A stretch of DNA of 64,000 nt from Bacteroidota bacterium (lineage in GTDB: Bacteria; Bacteroidota; Bacteroidia; B-17B0; Aurantibacillaceae), in the NCBI GenBank assembly GCA_040758575.1, contig JBFLVH010000008.1, positions 35,624 through 99,623 of the forward strand, in the 5' to 3' direction. Each line of letters begins with the position of its first letter. Positions within the stretch are counted from its first letter, which is position 1. A program made the position numbers and the translations under genes. Below, piece by piece: positions 17,551 through 27,992 of this stretch. The notes beneath the pieces were generated by a model. That model had not been told where the DNA came from. It saw only the letters and a list, made by a program, of their open reading frames with translations, and searched no databases.

Positions 17551-18111
17551 TTATTCCACCTTTCTATCTCTTATTTTAACTGCAGGATTGCCTTGATAAA
17601 TGGAATATGGCTCTGTGCTTTGTATAACAATACTTCCTACAGTTATTACTGATTGCGTTTTCACTACCACACCCGGACACACAACACACTTTGCTCCTAC
17701 CCACGCACCTTCTTCTATAACTATACCTCTTACTATCAAATCAAATGTCACTTTTTTGTAATTGTGATTTCCACACAACAACATTGCTTCCTGTGAAATA
17801 CAAGCATTGTCGCCAATTTTGACATCTCCTAAATTATCAATCCATACTTTTTCACCTATCCAAACATAGTTACCAATTTTTAATTTCCACGGATATTTAA
17901 TTTTTACATAGGGCTTAATTACAACTCCTTTTCCAATCTGTGCTCCAAAAAGTTTTAATAATATCACTCTCCAAAAACTGCCCGGAATAGCTGAATTTAC
18001 AAGATATTCTCCAACAACATACCACAATACTCTTTTAATAATATTGCCTGGATGATACCACGAATTTGAATACTGAGATAAATCAACTTTTTTGTTGTGC
18101 TGCATATTCAA
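17551..18111 (-). CDS. Hexapeptide-repeat acetyltransferase (WcaF-like)
   Basis: Left-handed beta-helix repeats (IGNYVWIGEKVWIDNLGDVKIGDNACI, GAWVGAKCVVCPGVVV). 186 aa. Confidence 0.75.
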   Translation of the reverse strand: MNMQHNKKVDLSQYSNSWYHPGNIIKRVLWYVVGEYLVNSAIPGSFWRVILLKLFGAQIGKGVVIKPYVKIKYPWKLKIGNYVWIGEKVWIDNLGDVKIGDNACISQEAMLLCGNHNYKKVTFDLIVRGIVIEEGAWVGAKCVVCPGVVVKTQSVITVGSIVIQSTEPYSIYQGNPAVKIRDRKVE

Positions 18112-19246
18112 ACATTTTAATATATTCAGAGATAATTTCTTGTGTGTTTAATTTTTGTTGAATATAGTATCTCGCATTTTTACACATTGCTTGAAATTCT
18201 TCATTGTTCATTTGAAGCAGATGAATAATCTTATCTTTAAATAAATTTTCATTTAAAGAAATCGCATATCCTGCTTGATATTGTTCTATATCATTCCAGG
18301 GCGTTTGATCACTTATCAATACAGGTCTTTCACACATCATAGTTTCTACAATAGAATGACCAAAATTTTCATTTTTAGTCGGTAAAAATAAAGCGTGGTA
18401 TTGTGGTATGACCTTGCCAACTTCTTCAAAACTCAATGTACCCTTGTACTTTACTATAATATTTTCTGGCAAATTTTTTATCATGTCCTTACAATATTTA
18501 AAGTATTCTTTATCTTCATTATTACCAAAAATATCCAATTCAATTTTTTGGTCAGAAGTAAGAGATAATGTGCTTAAAATTTTAATCGCAAAGTCAAGAT
18601 TTTTTATTGGGCTAATTCTTGATAAGAAAAATAATTTTAATTCTCCTGTAGATTTTGTGATGTGCTGGTAATCGCATTGAATGTATGATAAATTGGGAAT
18701 ATTGAAAATTTTTTGATGTGGGAATAATCTTTTTATACTGTTGAATTCTTCAATACTTGTACTATGAAAAATTACAGAATGATGCAGTCCTAAAATTTTT
18801 GATAACCATAAAAAAATCTTTTTCTTAAATGACTTAACTGCTAATGCTCCTGAAACAAGCATTCCTCTTGGTGATAATATAATCGGATAGTTGATTTTTC
18901 TTGTTTTATTTAATAACAATGGAAGTATAGAACAACGATACGACCAAAAACTATTAATATACAAAACATCAGGATTTACAGAATGAAGAACTTTAATTAA
19001 TGAATTAAATGAAAAATTTTTGTGAGTAAAATAAAATACATTAATACCATTATACTTCGTCCAACAATTGGCTTGAACATTATATTGTTTTTCAGAAAGA
19101 ATATCAGTATTAAAAGTAACAATATAAAAATCAATTTGTTGAGACAAAGATTTAACTAATGAGTAAATAGATTTGACAGGTCCTCCTGCTTTATTTCCAG
19201 GCAAGAACCAATCTATTAAAATAAGTACTTTTAATTTTTTTTCCAT
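18083..19246 (-). CDS. Glycosyltransferase family 4 (GT-B)
   Basis: 387 aa. N-terminus ILIDWFLPGNKAGGPV; C-terminal E-x7-E-like region FGHSIVETMMCERPVLIS. Confidence 0.75.
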   Translation of the reverse strand: MEKKLKVLILIDWFLPGNKAGGPVKSIYSLVKSLSQQIDFYIVTFNTDILSEKQYNVQANCWTKYNGINVFYFTHKNFSFNSLIKVLHSVNPDVLYINSFWSYRCSILPLLLNKTRKINYPIILSPRGMLVSGALAVKSFKKKIFLWLSKILGLHHSVIFHSTSIEEFNSIKRLFPHQKIFNIPNLSYIQCDYQHITKSTGELKLFFLSRISPIKNLDFAIKILSTLSLTSDQKIELDIFGNNEDKEYFKYCKDMIKNLPENIIVKYKGTLSFEEVGKVIPQYHALFLPTKNENFGHSIVETMMCERPVLISDQTPWNDIEQYQAGYAISLNENLFKDKIIHLLQMNNEEFQAMCKNARYYIQQKLNTQEIISEYIKMFEYAAQQKS

Positions 19247-19313
19247 TAGTGCAAAATTACATTATATTTTTGAATCTAATTTTCTTAAACTCTAAAGTAC
19301 ATAAGATTTGTAA

Positions 19314-19601
19314 ATGAACAAATTCATCAAACATCTAAATAAATACAATTTTTATTTTTACAGGACACATCACGGCGCAGAATGTGATTTAGTAATTGTA
19401 AGAGGAAATAAACCTATTGCGTGTATTGAAATTAAATTATCTAACGCTCCTGAAATTCCTAAAGGATTTATCAGCTCAATAGATGATTTAAAAACAAATA
19501 AAAACTTTATTGTTACTCCTGAAAGTGATAATTATACATATAAAAACATTAGAATTTGCTCTTTACAAACCTTTATTCAAAAATATTTAAATAAAATCTA
19601 A
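19314..19601 (+). pseudogene. C-terminal remnant of a DUF4143-type AAA ATPase gene
   Basis: The 95-aa ORF matches only the tail of roughly 400-aa proteins (YFYRTHHGAECDLVIVRGNKPIACIEIKLS). No ATPase part lies upstream. Opposite strand to the surrounding glycan genes. Confidence 0.6.
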
Positions 19602-19640
19602 CCGTGAAAAATTGTAATTTCATTTTACATTTTTCACGGT
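19601..19640. terminator. Strong hairpin between convergent ORFs
   Basis: ACCGTGAAAAAT(T)GTAA-tttcatt-TTACATTTTTCACGGT, about 16 bp with one bulge. Confidence 0.7.
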
Positions 19641-19694
19641 TAATTTTCATATAAATTATTGATTTTCAATAACATATTAAAAGTGGTATTTACA

Positions 19695-21557
19695 TCATAC
19701 TCTAATATCGTTTTTCTCTATCCAATTTTGTAATACAACTAAATGCCAGAACAGCCACCATCTATTATGCTTTTTATTTTGATATTTTTTCCACTCGTTT
19801 AATAAAAATTCTTTTTCAACAAAAGGATTGTTTGAAAATGTATTTAATTTATTCTCACAAAATGTTTTTAATTCTCTTCTCATCCAGTTTTGAAATGGAA
19901 GCACAAAGCCCATTTTTTTTCTATGAATAATATTTTTAGGCAATATGTCAGATATGGATTCTGTCAATAATTTTTTAGGTGTATATGGATATTTAATATT
20001 GTCAGATAATGATAAAACAAATTCTACCAATAAAGTATCTAAAAATGGATTTCTTACTTCCAGTGCATTGGCCATACTCATCTGATCTGTATCTCTCAAG
20101 AGCGTATGTTCCATATAATTTCTCATTTCTAATAGCGAAATGAAAGATAACTTTTTCTCTTCATTGATAAGGTATTCGTATTCTTTCAATTTATTTAATG
20201 ATGTGGTATTATTATTTTTAATAGGCAATTTATTGTCTTGAAAAACCTTTCTATAATTAGGAAAAACATCTTGTATCTTTAATGATGGACTTTGTAAAAG
20301 AATTTTCAATCTATAAGCATTATTAAATAAATCATCAGGAATTATTTTTTTCAACAATCTTCTAATTTCAGGAAAATCAAGTATATCAATAGAATGTAGT
20401 TTGTTTAATACTTTAAATTGCGGATAACCTGCAAATAATTCATCTCCACCTAACCCAGACAATGCAACTGTAATACCAGCGTTTTTTGTGGCCTTTGATA
20501 CTATGTATGTATTGATACTATCTCCTGTTGGATAATCCATTTTCTCAAAAGCTTCACTTACATCGTTCAAAATATTTTTTTCTTCTAAAACAATCTTATG
20601 ATGGTTCGTTTGATATTGATTTGCCAATAATTCAGCATATTCTTTTTCTGAAAATTGTTTATCTGATGTGGTAATATGAAAAGTATCTACATTGTTTTTA
20701 ATTTGTTTCATAATGCCTACAATAGCAGAAGAATCAATGCCTCCCGAGAGAAATGCTCCCAATGGCACATCGCTAATTAATCGTTTTTCTACTGCTTGAA
20801 ATAATAGGGTTCTTGTCTGCTTTTTTGCTTCATCAATATCAGCATCAATATGTTGAATGTTCGGTGTCCAATATTTTTGAATTTGCAAATGATTATTTTC
20901 TAAATGTATTGAATGAGCAGATGGTAGTAATTGAATATCTTGAATAAGTGTGTGTGGTGCAAAAGTTGTTTGATATTGAAAATAATCGTAAAGTTGGGAT
21001 GCATTTAATTTTCTTTCTGACAAATTAGATTGTAATAATGCTCTGATTTCAGATGAAAAGGCAAAGTATTTTTTATTGTAAATGTAATACAATGGCTTCT
21101 TGCCCTGTCTATCTCGTGCAATAAACAAGTGTTGATTTTGTTTGTCATAAATAGCAAAAGCAAACATTCCATCTAAATATTTCACACAATCTTTTCCCCA
21201 ACGATAATAAGCAGCCAGTATCACTTCTGTATCAGAATGCGTTTTAAATGGATAAGGGGGAAATGGGGATTTATATTGTACTCTTTGAAGTTCGGTTCTT
21301 AATTCTCTGTAATTGTAAATTTCACCATTAAAAACAATAAATAAGCGATTTTGATAACAAGCCATTGGCTGATTGGCATTATCAGACAGGTCAATGATTT
21401 TTAATCGTGTATGCCCAAAAGCACAATGACTATCTATTGTTACAACCTGTGAATAATCAGGCCCTCTGTGATGTAATGAGTGTATTATTGAATGAATGTT
21501 ATGTTGGTATTCATTGACATTGTTTTCAAAAGTAAAAATTCCAGCTATTCCACACAT
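19695..21557 (-). CDS. asnB: Asparagine synthase (glutamine-hydrolysing) family amidotransferase
   Basis: N-terminal MCGIAG nucleophile and the SGGIDSS PP-loop. 620 aa. Confidence 0.9.
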   Translation of the reverse strand: MCGIAGIFTFENNVNEYQHNIHSIIHSLHHRGPDYSQVVTIDSHCAFGHTRLKIIDLSDNANQPMACYQNRLFIVFNGEIYNYRELRTELQRVQYKSPFPPYPFKTHSDTEVILAAYYRWGKDCVKYLDGMFAFAIYDKQNQHLFIARDRQGKKPLYYIYNKKYFAFSSEIRALLQSNLSERKLNASQLYDYFQYQTTFAPHTLIQDIQLLPSAHSIHLENNHLQIQKYWTPNIQHIDADIDEAKKQTRTLLFQAVEKRLISDVPLGAFLSGGIDSSAIVGIMKQIKNNVDTFHITTSDKQFSEKEYAELLANQYQTNHHKIVLEEKNILNDVSEAFEKMDYPTGDSINTYIVSKATKNAGITVALSGLGGDELFAGYPQFKVLNKLHSIDILDFPEIRRLLKKIIPDDLFNNAYRLKILLQSPSLKIQDVFPNYRKVFQDNKLPIKNNNTTSLNKLKEYEYLINEEKKLSFISLLEMRNYMEHTLLRDTDQMSMANALEVRNPFLDTLLVEFVLSLSDNIKYPYTPKKLLTESISDILPKNIIHRKKMGFVLPFQNWMRRELKTFCENKLNTFSNNPFVEKEFLLNEWKKYQNKKHNRWWLFWHLVVLQNWIEKNDIRV

Positions 21558-21563
21558 ATAAAA

Positions 21564-22532
21564 TTACTTCACTTTTAATTTATCTAAACCATTGAGTTTC
21601 ATAAACGACTCACTATTTAATAATTTATCTAAACCTTCTTCAAGAGAAGTCAGTGGTCTTTGTAAAATATTTTTCATTTTAGAATTATCGGGCATTCTGC
21701 GGGTCATATCACCTTCTTTGAGTGGTGGTAAAAAAACAATTTCTGATTTAGATTGTGTATGTTGAATAACTCTTTTTGCTAATTCTAAAATACTTATCAT
21801 TTCATCATTACCGATATTAATCACATCATTATTGACTAAATCATTTTCCATAATTTTTATCATTGTATCTACATTGTCGTCAATGTAAGTAAATGTGCGG
21901 GTTTGAGAGCCATCGCCATATATTGTAATGGGTTCATTTTTCAATGCTGCTACTAAAAATTTTGGTATTACAAAGTCAGTTGTTTGGTAAGGCCCATAGG
22001 TATTAAAAAAACGAAAAATGGTATAATTTATACCGAATTCCTGATAGTATGAACGACAATAGCATTCACCGACATTTTTAACTACAGCATAAGGCAATCG
22101 TGAGTTAAGCGGCGTGGAATGTTCTCTTTGTGGAATTTCAACGGGTTCGCCATATACTTCTGATGATGAGGAATAAAAAAACTTTTTAATGCCTGCTGCT
22201 TTTGATAATTCAAGTATGTATTCAATCCCTTTGATATCGTTCAATACTTTTAATGGATATTGCTGTGTTCTTTGTACACCAACAACCGCAGCAAAGTGAA
22301 ATACATAAGTAAATTTATATTGAAAAAATACTTTTGCCAAATCCTGATAATTATTGCAATCTGCTTGAATAAAATGAATATTGTTGTGTGGAGAAATCGG
22401 CACTTTATCTTTACTGCCTGTGCTTAAATTATCTACTATTACAATGTTGTAATCAGGATTTTCAGACAATTTGCGGGCCAGCGAACTGCCTATATTTCCA
22501 GCCCCCCCTGTTATGAGTATATTAATTGACAT
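21564..22532 (-). CDS. NAD-dependent sugar-nucleotide epimerase/dehydratase (UDP-glucuronate decarboxylase-like)
   Basis: GGAGNIGSSL Rossmann motif, SSSEVYG and YAVVK (YxxxK). 322 aa. Confidence 0.85.
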   Translation of the reverse strand: MSINILITGGAGNIGSSLARKLSENPDYNIVIVDNLSTGSKDKVPISPHNNIHFIQADCNNYQDLAKVFFQYKFTYVFHFAAVVGVQRTQQYPLKVLNDIKGIEYILELSKAAGIKKFFYSSSSEVYGEPVEIPQREHSTPLNSRLPYAVVKNVGECYCRSYYQEFGINYTIFRFFNTYGPYQTTDFVIPKFLVAALKNEPITIYGDGSQTRTFTYIDDNVDTMIKIMENDLVNNDVINIGNDEMISILELAKRVIQHTQSKSEIVFLPPLKEGDMTRRMPDNSKMKNILQRPLTSLEEGLDKLLNSESFMKLNGLDKLKVK

Positions 22533-22542
22533 AAATATTTTT

Positions 22543-23580
22543 TTACTGACAAATGTCGTAAATTATTTTTATCCATTTATCAGTTGTTATTTTTTGAGAT
22601 AGTTGATAAGAATGTTCGCACATTTTCCAATATTCATCATCATTTAGATTCATCATTTGTTTTAAATATTTCTTTAATTGCTCTTTATTGTTAGGTGAAA
22701 AAATGAAACCATTTTTATTATGTTCTATAAAATATTCTACTGCACCTACTTCTTCTGAAGCAATAATGGGCAATCCTGCAGATGCCACTTCGTGAATAAC
22801 TACTCCATAAGGTTCAAATTTACTGGGTAAAACAAACACATCACTTTGCAATAAAATATCCTTTAATTGATTTGGTTGAATAAATCCAATATGCTGAATT
22901 TTTGAATATTGTGCAGGAACTATATTTCCCTTACCAGCGCATATTAGATTCCATTGATGAGAAAATTCATTGCTTAATTCCATAAAGCAATCCCACAACA
23001 TTTGAATATTCTTTTCTGTAGCATATCTACCAATGTATAAAAAATTATAGTTGCGTTTTTTTGAGTGTATTCTTTGCTGATAAATAGAATGAAAGTATTC
23101 TGTATCGGCACAATAGAAACCTGTGATAACATTGTTTTCTTCAAATCCAAGATGCAGTGCAAATTCTTTTTGCAAACTTCCTGGCACAAATGCTTTTTGA
23201 AACAAATGCTTATATTTCAATCTAAAATACATACTTCCTAATATTTGACGAATTGTGCCCTTCCATTGATTATCTAATAATAAAACATTGCAATTTAAGT
23301 TCAATTTTTCAACAATTTTAAAATAATCTTTGTAAATCCATCCCGCCTGAAACAAGCAAGTAGGTTGAAATTCTTTTATTTTATTTAATAATTCACCGAT
23401 TGGATATTCTTCACGATAAATAATTTGTATCAAATTAGTTGCAGTTTGAAATTGAAATGGCGCTATTGGATTAACCTGCTTACAAACCAACATCACAGGC
23501 ACATTGTAAGTAATAGCAAATCTCTCTATATTCTTGAAAAAGTAAGGGGCTAATTCTTCGTATAAAACAACCAATCTCAT
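22543..23580 (-). CDS. Glycosyltransferase family 1/4
   Basis: C-terminal [25 protein letters not shown] (E-x7-E region). 345 aa. Confidence 0.75.
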   Translation of the reverse strand: MRLVVLYEELAPYFFKNIERFAITYNVPVMLVCKQVNPIAPFQFQTATNLIQIIYREEYPIGELLNKIKEFQPTCLFQAGWIYKDYFKIVEKLNLNCNVLLLDNQWKGTIRQILGSMYFRLKYKHLFQKAFVPGSLQKEFALHLGFEENNVITGFYCADTEYFHSIYQQRIHSKKRNYNFLYIGRYATEKNIQMLWDCFMELSNEFSHQWNLICAGKGNIVPAQYSKIQHIGFIQPNQLKDILLQSDVFVLPSKFEPYGVVIHEVASAGLPIIASEEVGAVEYFIEHNKNGFIFSPNNKEQLKKYLKQMMNLNDDEYWKMCEHSYQLSQKITTDKWIKIIYDICQ

Positions 23581-24098
23581 TGAAATAATTTTTGATATAT
23601 TGCATAGTTTTCATCATCAAAAATGACAAAATAAATATCTATTGGATAGGGGGCTGTTTGACAAATTTCTGTGATGGTTTGATAAACAATTTTAGCTGCT
23701 CTTTCTTTTGGAAAACCATATACACCTGTGCTGATGTTTGGAAATGCAATAGATTTTAATTGTTTTTCAAATGCAATTTGCATAGATTTTTTGTAACACG
23801 ATGCAAGCAGTTCATCTTCATTATGCTGACCACCTCGCCACACAGGGCCTACTGCATGAATAACATATTTTGCAGGCAATTGATAGCCCTTTGTAATTTT
23901 TGCATCACCTGTTGCGCATCCACCTAATGTTTTACATTCTTCTAATAATTCTTTGCCTGCCGCTCTGTGTATGGCACCATCTACCCCTCCACCACCTAAT
24001 AATTTTGTATTTGCTGCATTGACTATAGCATCTACTTTCATTTTGGTGATATCGTCCCTTACAATTTTTATATTGCAATTGTTTATTTGTTTTTCCAT
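23577..24098 (-). CDS. Macro-domain protein (YmdB / O-acetyl-ADP-ribose deacetylase-like)
   Basis: [36 protein letters not shown]. 4-nt overlap with the downstream GT gene. Confidence 0.85.
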   Translation of the reverse strand: MEKQINNCNIKIVRDDITKMKVDAIVNAANTKLLGGGGVDGAIHRAAGKELLEECKTLGGCATGDAKITKGYQLPAKYVIHAVGPVWRGGQHNEDELLASCYKKSMQIAFEKQLKSIAFPNISTGVYGFPKERAAKIVYQTITEICQTAPYPIDIYFVIFDDENYAIYQKLFQ

Positions 24099-24120
24099 AG
24101 TGATTGTTTTTTAATTCTTA

Positions 24121-24867
24121 TCAAATTAAAAATTGTCCGATTTTTCTCAATGGTTTCAAATATAAAGTATAAAATTTGGGGTTCAAATTATTGATTGTCC
24201 ACGCTTTTCGGTCGTTGATATTGGCTAATATTCTGTTCCTTAAAGAAATATTGCTAACGCCACCAACACGCATTGCAATGATGTAATCATTCAAATATTC
24301 AAATGGCACATGATATTTATACATATTTCTCAATATCCATTCATAATCTGCGGCAGTGCCCATATCCAAACGATATAATCCATTTTGTTCATACACTTTT
24401 TTAGTAACAAAACAAGTAGGGTGCGGTGGCATCCAGCCAAATAAAAACGATTGTGAGTTGTATGTTCCCGCCTTCCACTTGCGGACAATCTTTTCTTTAT
24501 TTTTTCTATCAACATAATATAAATTAGCATAAACACCTTGATAATCCTGATGAAACAACTTGACTACATTATCAATTACATTGTGATACACATAAAAATC
24601 ATCTGCATGTAATATACCAATGATTTCACCACTGGCATTTTGAATCCCTTTATTTATCGCATCATACAGCCCATTGTCTTTTTCTGAAATAATTTTTCTA
24701 TTTTGAAATGAATATTTTTCAATAATATCTAATGAATTATCTGAAGAACAATTGTCTATGATAATATGTTCAATATTTGAATAAGATTGTTGATAAATAG
24801 AATTCAAGCAATCTTTAATAGTAGCGGCATTATTAAATACTGGTGTGATGATACTAACTAACTTCAT
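24121..24867 (-). CDS. Glycosyltransferase family 2
   Basis: VSIITPVFNNAATI ... IIIDNCSSDNS ... LHADD motifs. 248 aa. Confidence 0.8.
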   Translation of the reverse strand: MKLVSIITPVFNNAATIKDCLNSIYQQSYSNIEHIIIDNCSSDNSLDIIEKYSFQNRKIISEKDNGLYDAINKGIQNASGEIIGILHADDFYVYHNVIDNVVKLFHQDYQGVYANLYYVDRKNKEKIVRKWKAGTYNSQSFLFGWMPPHPTCFVTKKVYEQNGLYRLDMGTAADYEWILRNMYKYHVPFEYLNDYIIAMRVGGVSNISLRNRILANINDRKAWTINNLNPKFYTLYLKPLRKIGQFLI

Positions 24868-26099
24868 TATTCAAAAATTTTTGCAAAGTGATACAAATCA
24901 TCAAACACAAAATCATAAGGAAAACTTTTGTCGGGATTTTTTGACAACAACACCGAATACATACCAGCATTGTGTGCAAATTGCAAATCAGATAAACTAT
25001 CTCCTACCATTATTGATTTGGAAAAACCAATATCATTAAATTCTTCTTTGGCTTTCAAAGCCAGTCCTATATTGGGTTTTCGCATAATAGATTTTGTTGA
25101 TGCTAAATCAGGGGCATAATAAATTTTATCTATAATAATATTTTCTTTTGCTAATGTGTGGAGCATATAATCGTGTATTTGCTGTAAATCGCTTTCGGTC
25201 ATTATTTTCTTTCCAATTCCCTGTTGATTGGTAACAATAATTATTCTCCCAAATATTTGACGAAGTATTTTCAAAGCATTAACTACATTATCTATCCAAA
25301 TAAATTCATTGATACTCTTCACATAATCATTTTCTAATTTTTGATTGATTACACCATCTCTATCTAAAAATAAAGTCCAATCTTTATTGATGTTTAGATG
25401 TTTTAATTGAACGAAGTCATTTTGTGCTTTTAAGTAATCATCAGGCACGCCAATATCTATAAAGTAATTATTGACTTTTATTGTTTTTATTTTATGATGA
25501 GTATAAATTTTTTCCAGAAAATCATTTTCAAAAGAAAAAATTTTTTGAGATGGAATATTGTTCAAAAAAAATTTTTTATTAATAAGATAAACACCTGCAT
25601 TGATATATCCGCTTTTCAATGTATTAGATTTTTCAGTAAATCCACACAAATAATTATTATCATTTGTTTCAACAAATCCATATCTATTAGAATGATAGAT
25701 ATATTTTAAAGCCATTGTCATTTTTTCATTTTGATGGGCGTGAAATAATTCTTTCAAGTTCACATTCAAAAAAGTATCACCATTGATAACTAAAATATTT
25801 TCAGCATTTATTTTTTGAAATGCTAATTTCAAAGCACCACCTGTTCCCAGCGGCTCGTCTTCTAAAATATAGTGTAATTTTAAATTGTGAAATGTTTGAT
25901 GAAAATAATTTTGAATTACTTCTGCTTTATAGCCAACAGATAAATAAACATCTTTTATTCCCTGACATTGCAAATGTTTGAGAATATAATATAAAAATGG
26001 CTTTCCTGCCACATTGGCCATAGGTTTAGGCATATCGGGCACAAGGTGTTTAAGTCGTGTTCCCAATCCACCAGCGAGAATCAATGCAGGGATATTCAT
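24867..26099 (-). CDS. Fusion protein: sugar-1-phosphate nucleotidyltransferase (HddC-like) plus D,D-heptose-1,7-bisphosphate phosphatase (GmhB-like HAD)
   Basis: N-terminal ALILAGGLGTRL; C-terminal LFLDRDGVIN ... VTNQQGIG ... MVGDSLSDLQ. I place the start at ATG 26099 because a TAnnTTTG box lies inside the longer ORF (to 26165). Confidence 0.8.
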   Translation of the reverse strand: MNIPALILAGGLGTRLKHLVPDMPKPMANVAGKPFLYYILKHLQCQGIKDVYLSVGYKAEVIQNYFHQTFHNLKLHYILEDEPLGTGGALKLAFQKINAENILVINGDTFLNVNLKELFHAHQNEKMTMALKYIYHSNRYGFVETNDNNYLCGFTEKSNTLKSGYINAGVYLINKKFFLNNIPSQKIFSFENDFLEKIYTHHKIKTIKVNNYFIDIGVPDDYLKAQNDFVQLKHLNINKDWTLFLDRDGVINQKLENDYVKSINEFIWIDNVVNALKILRQIFGRIIIVTNQQGIGKKIMTESDLQQIHDYMLHTLAKENIIIDKIYYAPDLASTKSIMRKPNIGLALKAKEEFNDIGFSKSIMVGDSLSDLQFAHNAGMYSVLLSKNPDKSFPYDFVFDDLYHFAKIFE

Positions 26100-26119
26100 C
26101 TGATTTAAATTATCATTGG

Positions 26120-26127
26120 CAAAAATA
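26120..26127 (-). promoter_or_regulatory. Bacteroidetes -7 promoter box TATTTTTG
   Basis: Exact TAnnTTTG on the minus strand, 20 nt upstream of ATG 26099. Confidence 0.45.
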
Positions 26128-26218
26128 GAGAAATAAATTGGGATATAAATAATCACACTATCCATATCATAAAGTCCTTGTTTTTTTACTTACATTAGCC
26201 ACCTAAATTTAGAGCAAT

Positions 26219-27955
26219 ATGTATAGAACACACACTTGCGGAGAATTAAGAATAACAGATGTGAATAAAAAAGTAACATTAGCGGGTTGGGTGCAAAGAA
26301 GAAGGGACTTGGGAAACCTTACATTTATTGATTTGAGAGACAGGTATGGTATTACACAATTAGCATTTAGTGTTGATATTAATGCTACATTGTTAGAGCA
26401 AGCCCGCACCTTGCACAGAGAATATGTAGTGCAGATTACAGGAATAGTAAGAGAAAGAGAAAGTAAAAATAAACAATTACCTACGGGAGATATTGAAATT
26501 GTTGTTGAAGACATTAAAGTGCTTAATCCATCGCAAACACCACCTTTTACAATTGAAGATAATACAGATGGTGGAGAAGAATTAAGGATGAAGTTTCGTT
26601 ATTTAGATTTGAGAAGAAATCCATTAAAAAATAATTTGATTTTAAGACATCGTTTAGCATTAGAAACCAGAAAGTATTTAGATAGTTTGGGGTTTTTAGA
26701 AATAGAAACGCCATTTTTAATTAAGTCAACACCAGAAGGAGCAAGGGATTTTGTAGTGCCCAGCAGAATGCACAAAGGAGAATTTTATGCTTTGCCACAA
26801 AGTCCGCAAACATTCAAACAAATTTTAATGGTTGCAGGTTATGACAGATATTTTCAAATAGTAAGATGTTTCAGAGATGAAGATTTGAGAGCAGATAGAC
26901 AACCTGAATTTACTCAAATAGATTGTGAAATGAGTTTTGTAGAAAGAGAAGATATTTTACAAACTTTTGAAGGATTGATTCGTCATTTGTTCAAAGTGGT
27001 TAAAAATGTTGATTTGCCTGCTTTTCAAAGAATGAGTTATGATGATGCTATGAATTATTATGGTTCTGACAAGCCCGATTTAAGATTTGATTTGAAATTT
27101 ATACACTTTACGAATTTGTTGAAAAATAAGGGATTTCAGGTATTTGATAATGCAGAAATTATTGTAGGAATGAATTTAAAAGGACAATCTAATGCCACAC
27201 GAAAGCAAATTGATGAGTGGACAAATTTTGTAAAAGACCCAAAAGTAGGTGCTAATGGATTAGTTTATATTAAATACAATTCAGATGGAAGTGTAAAATC
27301 TTCAATTGATAAATATTTTTCTGAAGAACAATTAAAAGAAGTGTTACATCAAATAAATGCACAGCAAGGAGATTTGATTTTGATTGTAGCAGGTGAAAAA
27401 GTAAAAACATTGAAAGCATTAGGACAATTGAGGTTGTATTTAGGTAAGCAATTTCAATTGATACAAGAAAACCAATTTGCTTGCTTATGGGTATTGGACT
27501 TTCCATTGTTTGAATATGATGAAGAAGAGCAAAGATGGGTAAGTATGCATCATCCTTTCACTTCACCAATCGGTGATTTGAGTGGAGATATTGGTAGCAT
27601 TAAAGCCAATGCTTATGATATGGTAATCAATGGAACTGAAGTAGGGGGAGGAAGTATTCGTATTCACAATAAAGCATTACAAAAGAAAATATTTGAATTG
27701 CTTGGCTTCACAGAAGAAGAGGCAATGAAGCAATTTGGTTTTTTAATGAATGCTTTTGAATATGGAGCACCACCACACGGAGGTATTGCATTTGGTTTTG
27801 ACCGATTGACCGCTTTGATGTGCAATACTGATTCTATCAGAGATGTGATTGCATTTCCAAAAAATAATGCAGGTAGAGATACAATGATTGATGCACCATC
27901 TGAAATTAATGAAAAACAATTAGAAGAATTAGGTTTGTTAATTAAACAGGCATAA
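26219..27955 (+). CDS. aspS: Aspartate--tRNA ligase
   Basis: 578 aa. [11 protein letters not shown] start, [18 protein letters not shown] (motif 2), GGGSIRIH, and the GFDRL class II motif 3 region. Confidence 0.95.
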   Translation: MYRTHTCGELRITDVNKKVTLAGWVQRRRDLGNLTFIDLRDRYGITQLAFSVDINATLLEQARTLHREYVVQITGIVRERESKNKQLPTGDIEIVVEDIKVLNPSQTPPFTIEDNTDGGEELRMKFRYLDLRRNPLKNNLILRHRLALETRKYLDSLGFLEIETPFLIKSTPEGARDFVVPSRMHKGEFYALPQSPQTFKQILMVAGYDRYFQIVRCFRDEDLRADRQPEFTQIDCEMSFVEREDILQTFEGLIRHLFKVVKNVDLPAFQRMSYDDAMNYYGSDKPDLRFDLKFIHFTNLLKNKGFQVFDNAEIIVGMNLKGQSNATRKQIDEWTNFVKDPKVGANGLVYIKYNSDGSVKSSIDKYFSEEQLKEVLHQINAQQGDLILIVAGEKVKTLKALGQLRLYLGKQFQLIQENQFACLWVLDFPLFEYDEEEQRWVSMHHPFTSPIGDLSGDIGSIKANAYDMVINGTEVGGGSIRIHNKALQKKIFELLGFTEEEAMKQFGFLMNAFEYGAPPHGGIAFGFDRLTALMCNTDSIRDVIAFPKNNAGRDTMIDAPSEINEKQLEELGLLIKQA

Positions 27956-27992
27956 GCATTAGTATATTATTGTAATTACTTCAAGGTAAATA

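Noticed and set aside
26100-26165. Longer N-terminus (MDSVIIYIPIYFSIFANDNLNQ) for the HddC-GmhB fusion; likewise 55604-55651 for the envC-like gene
   Set aside because: An exact TAnnTTTG -7 box lies inside each extension. The shorter forms start with a typical NTP-transferase N-terminus (MNIPALILAGG) and a typical signal peptide (MLRFIQYNWWIVLMFFVYSAVAQ).
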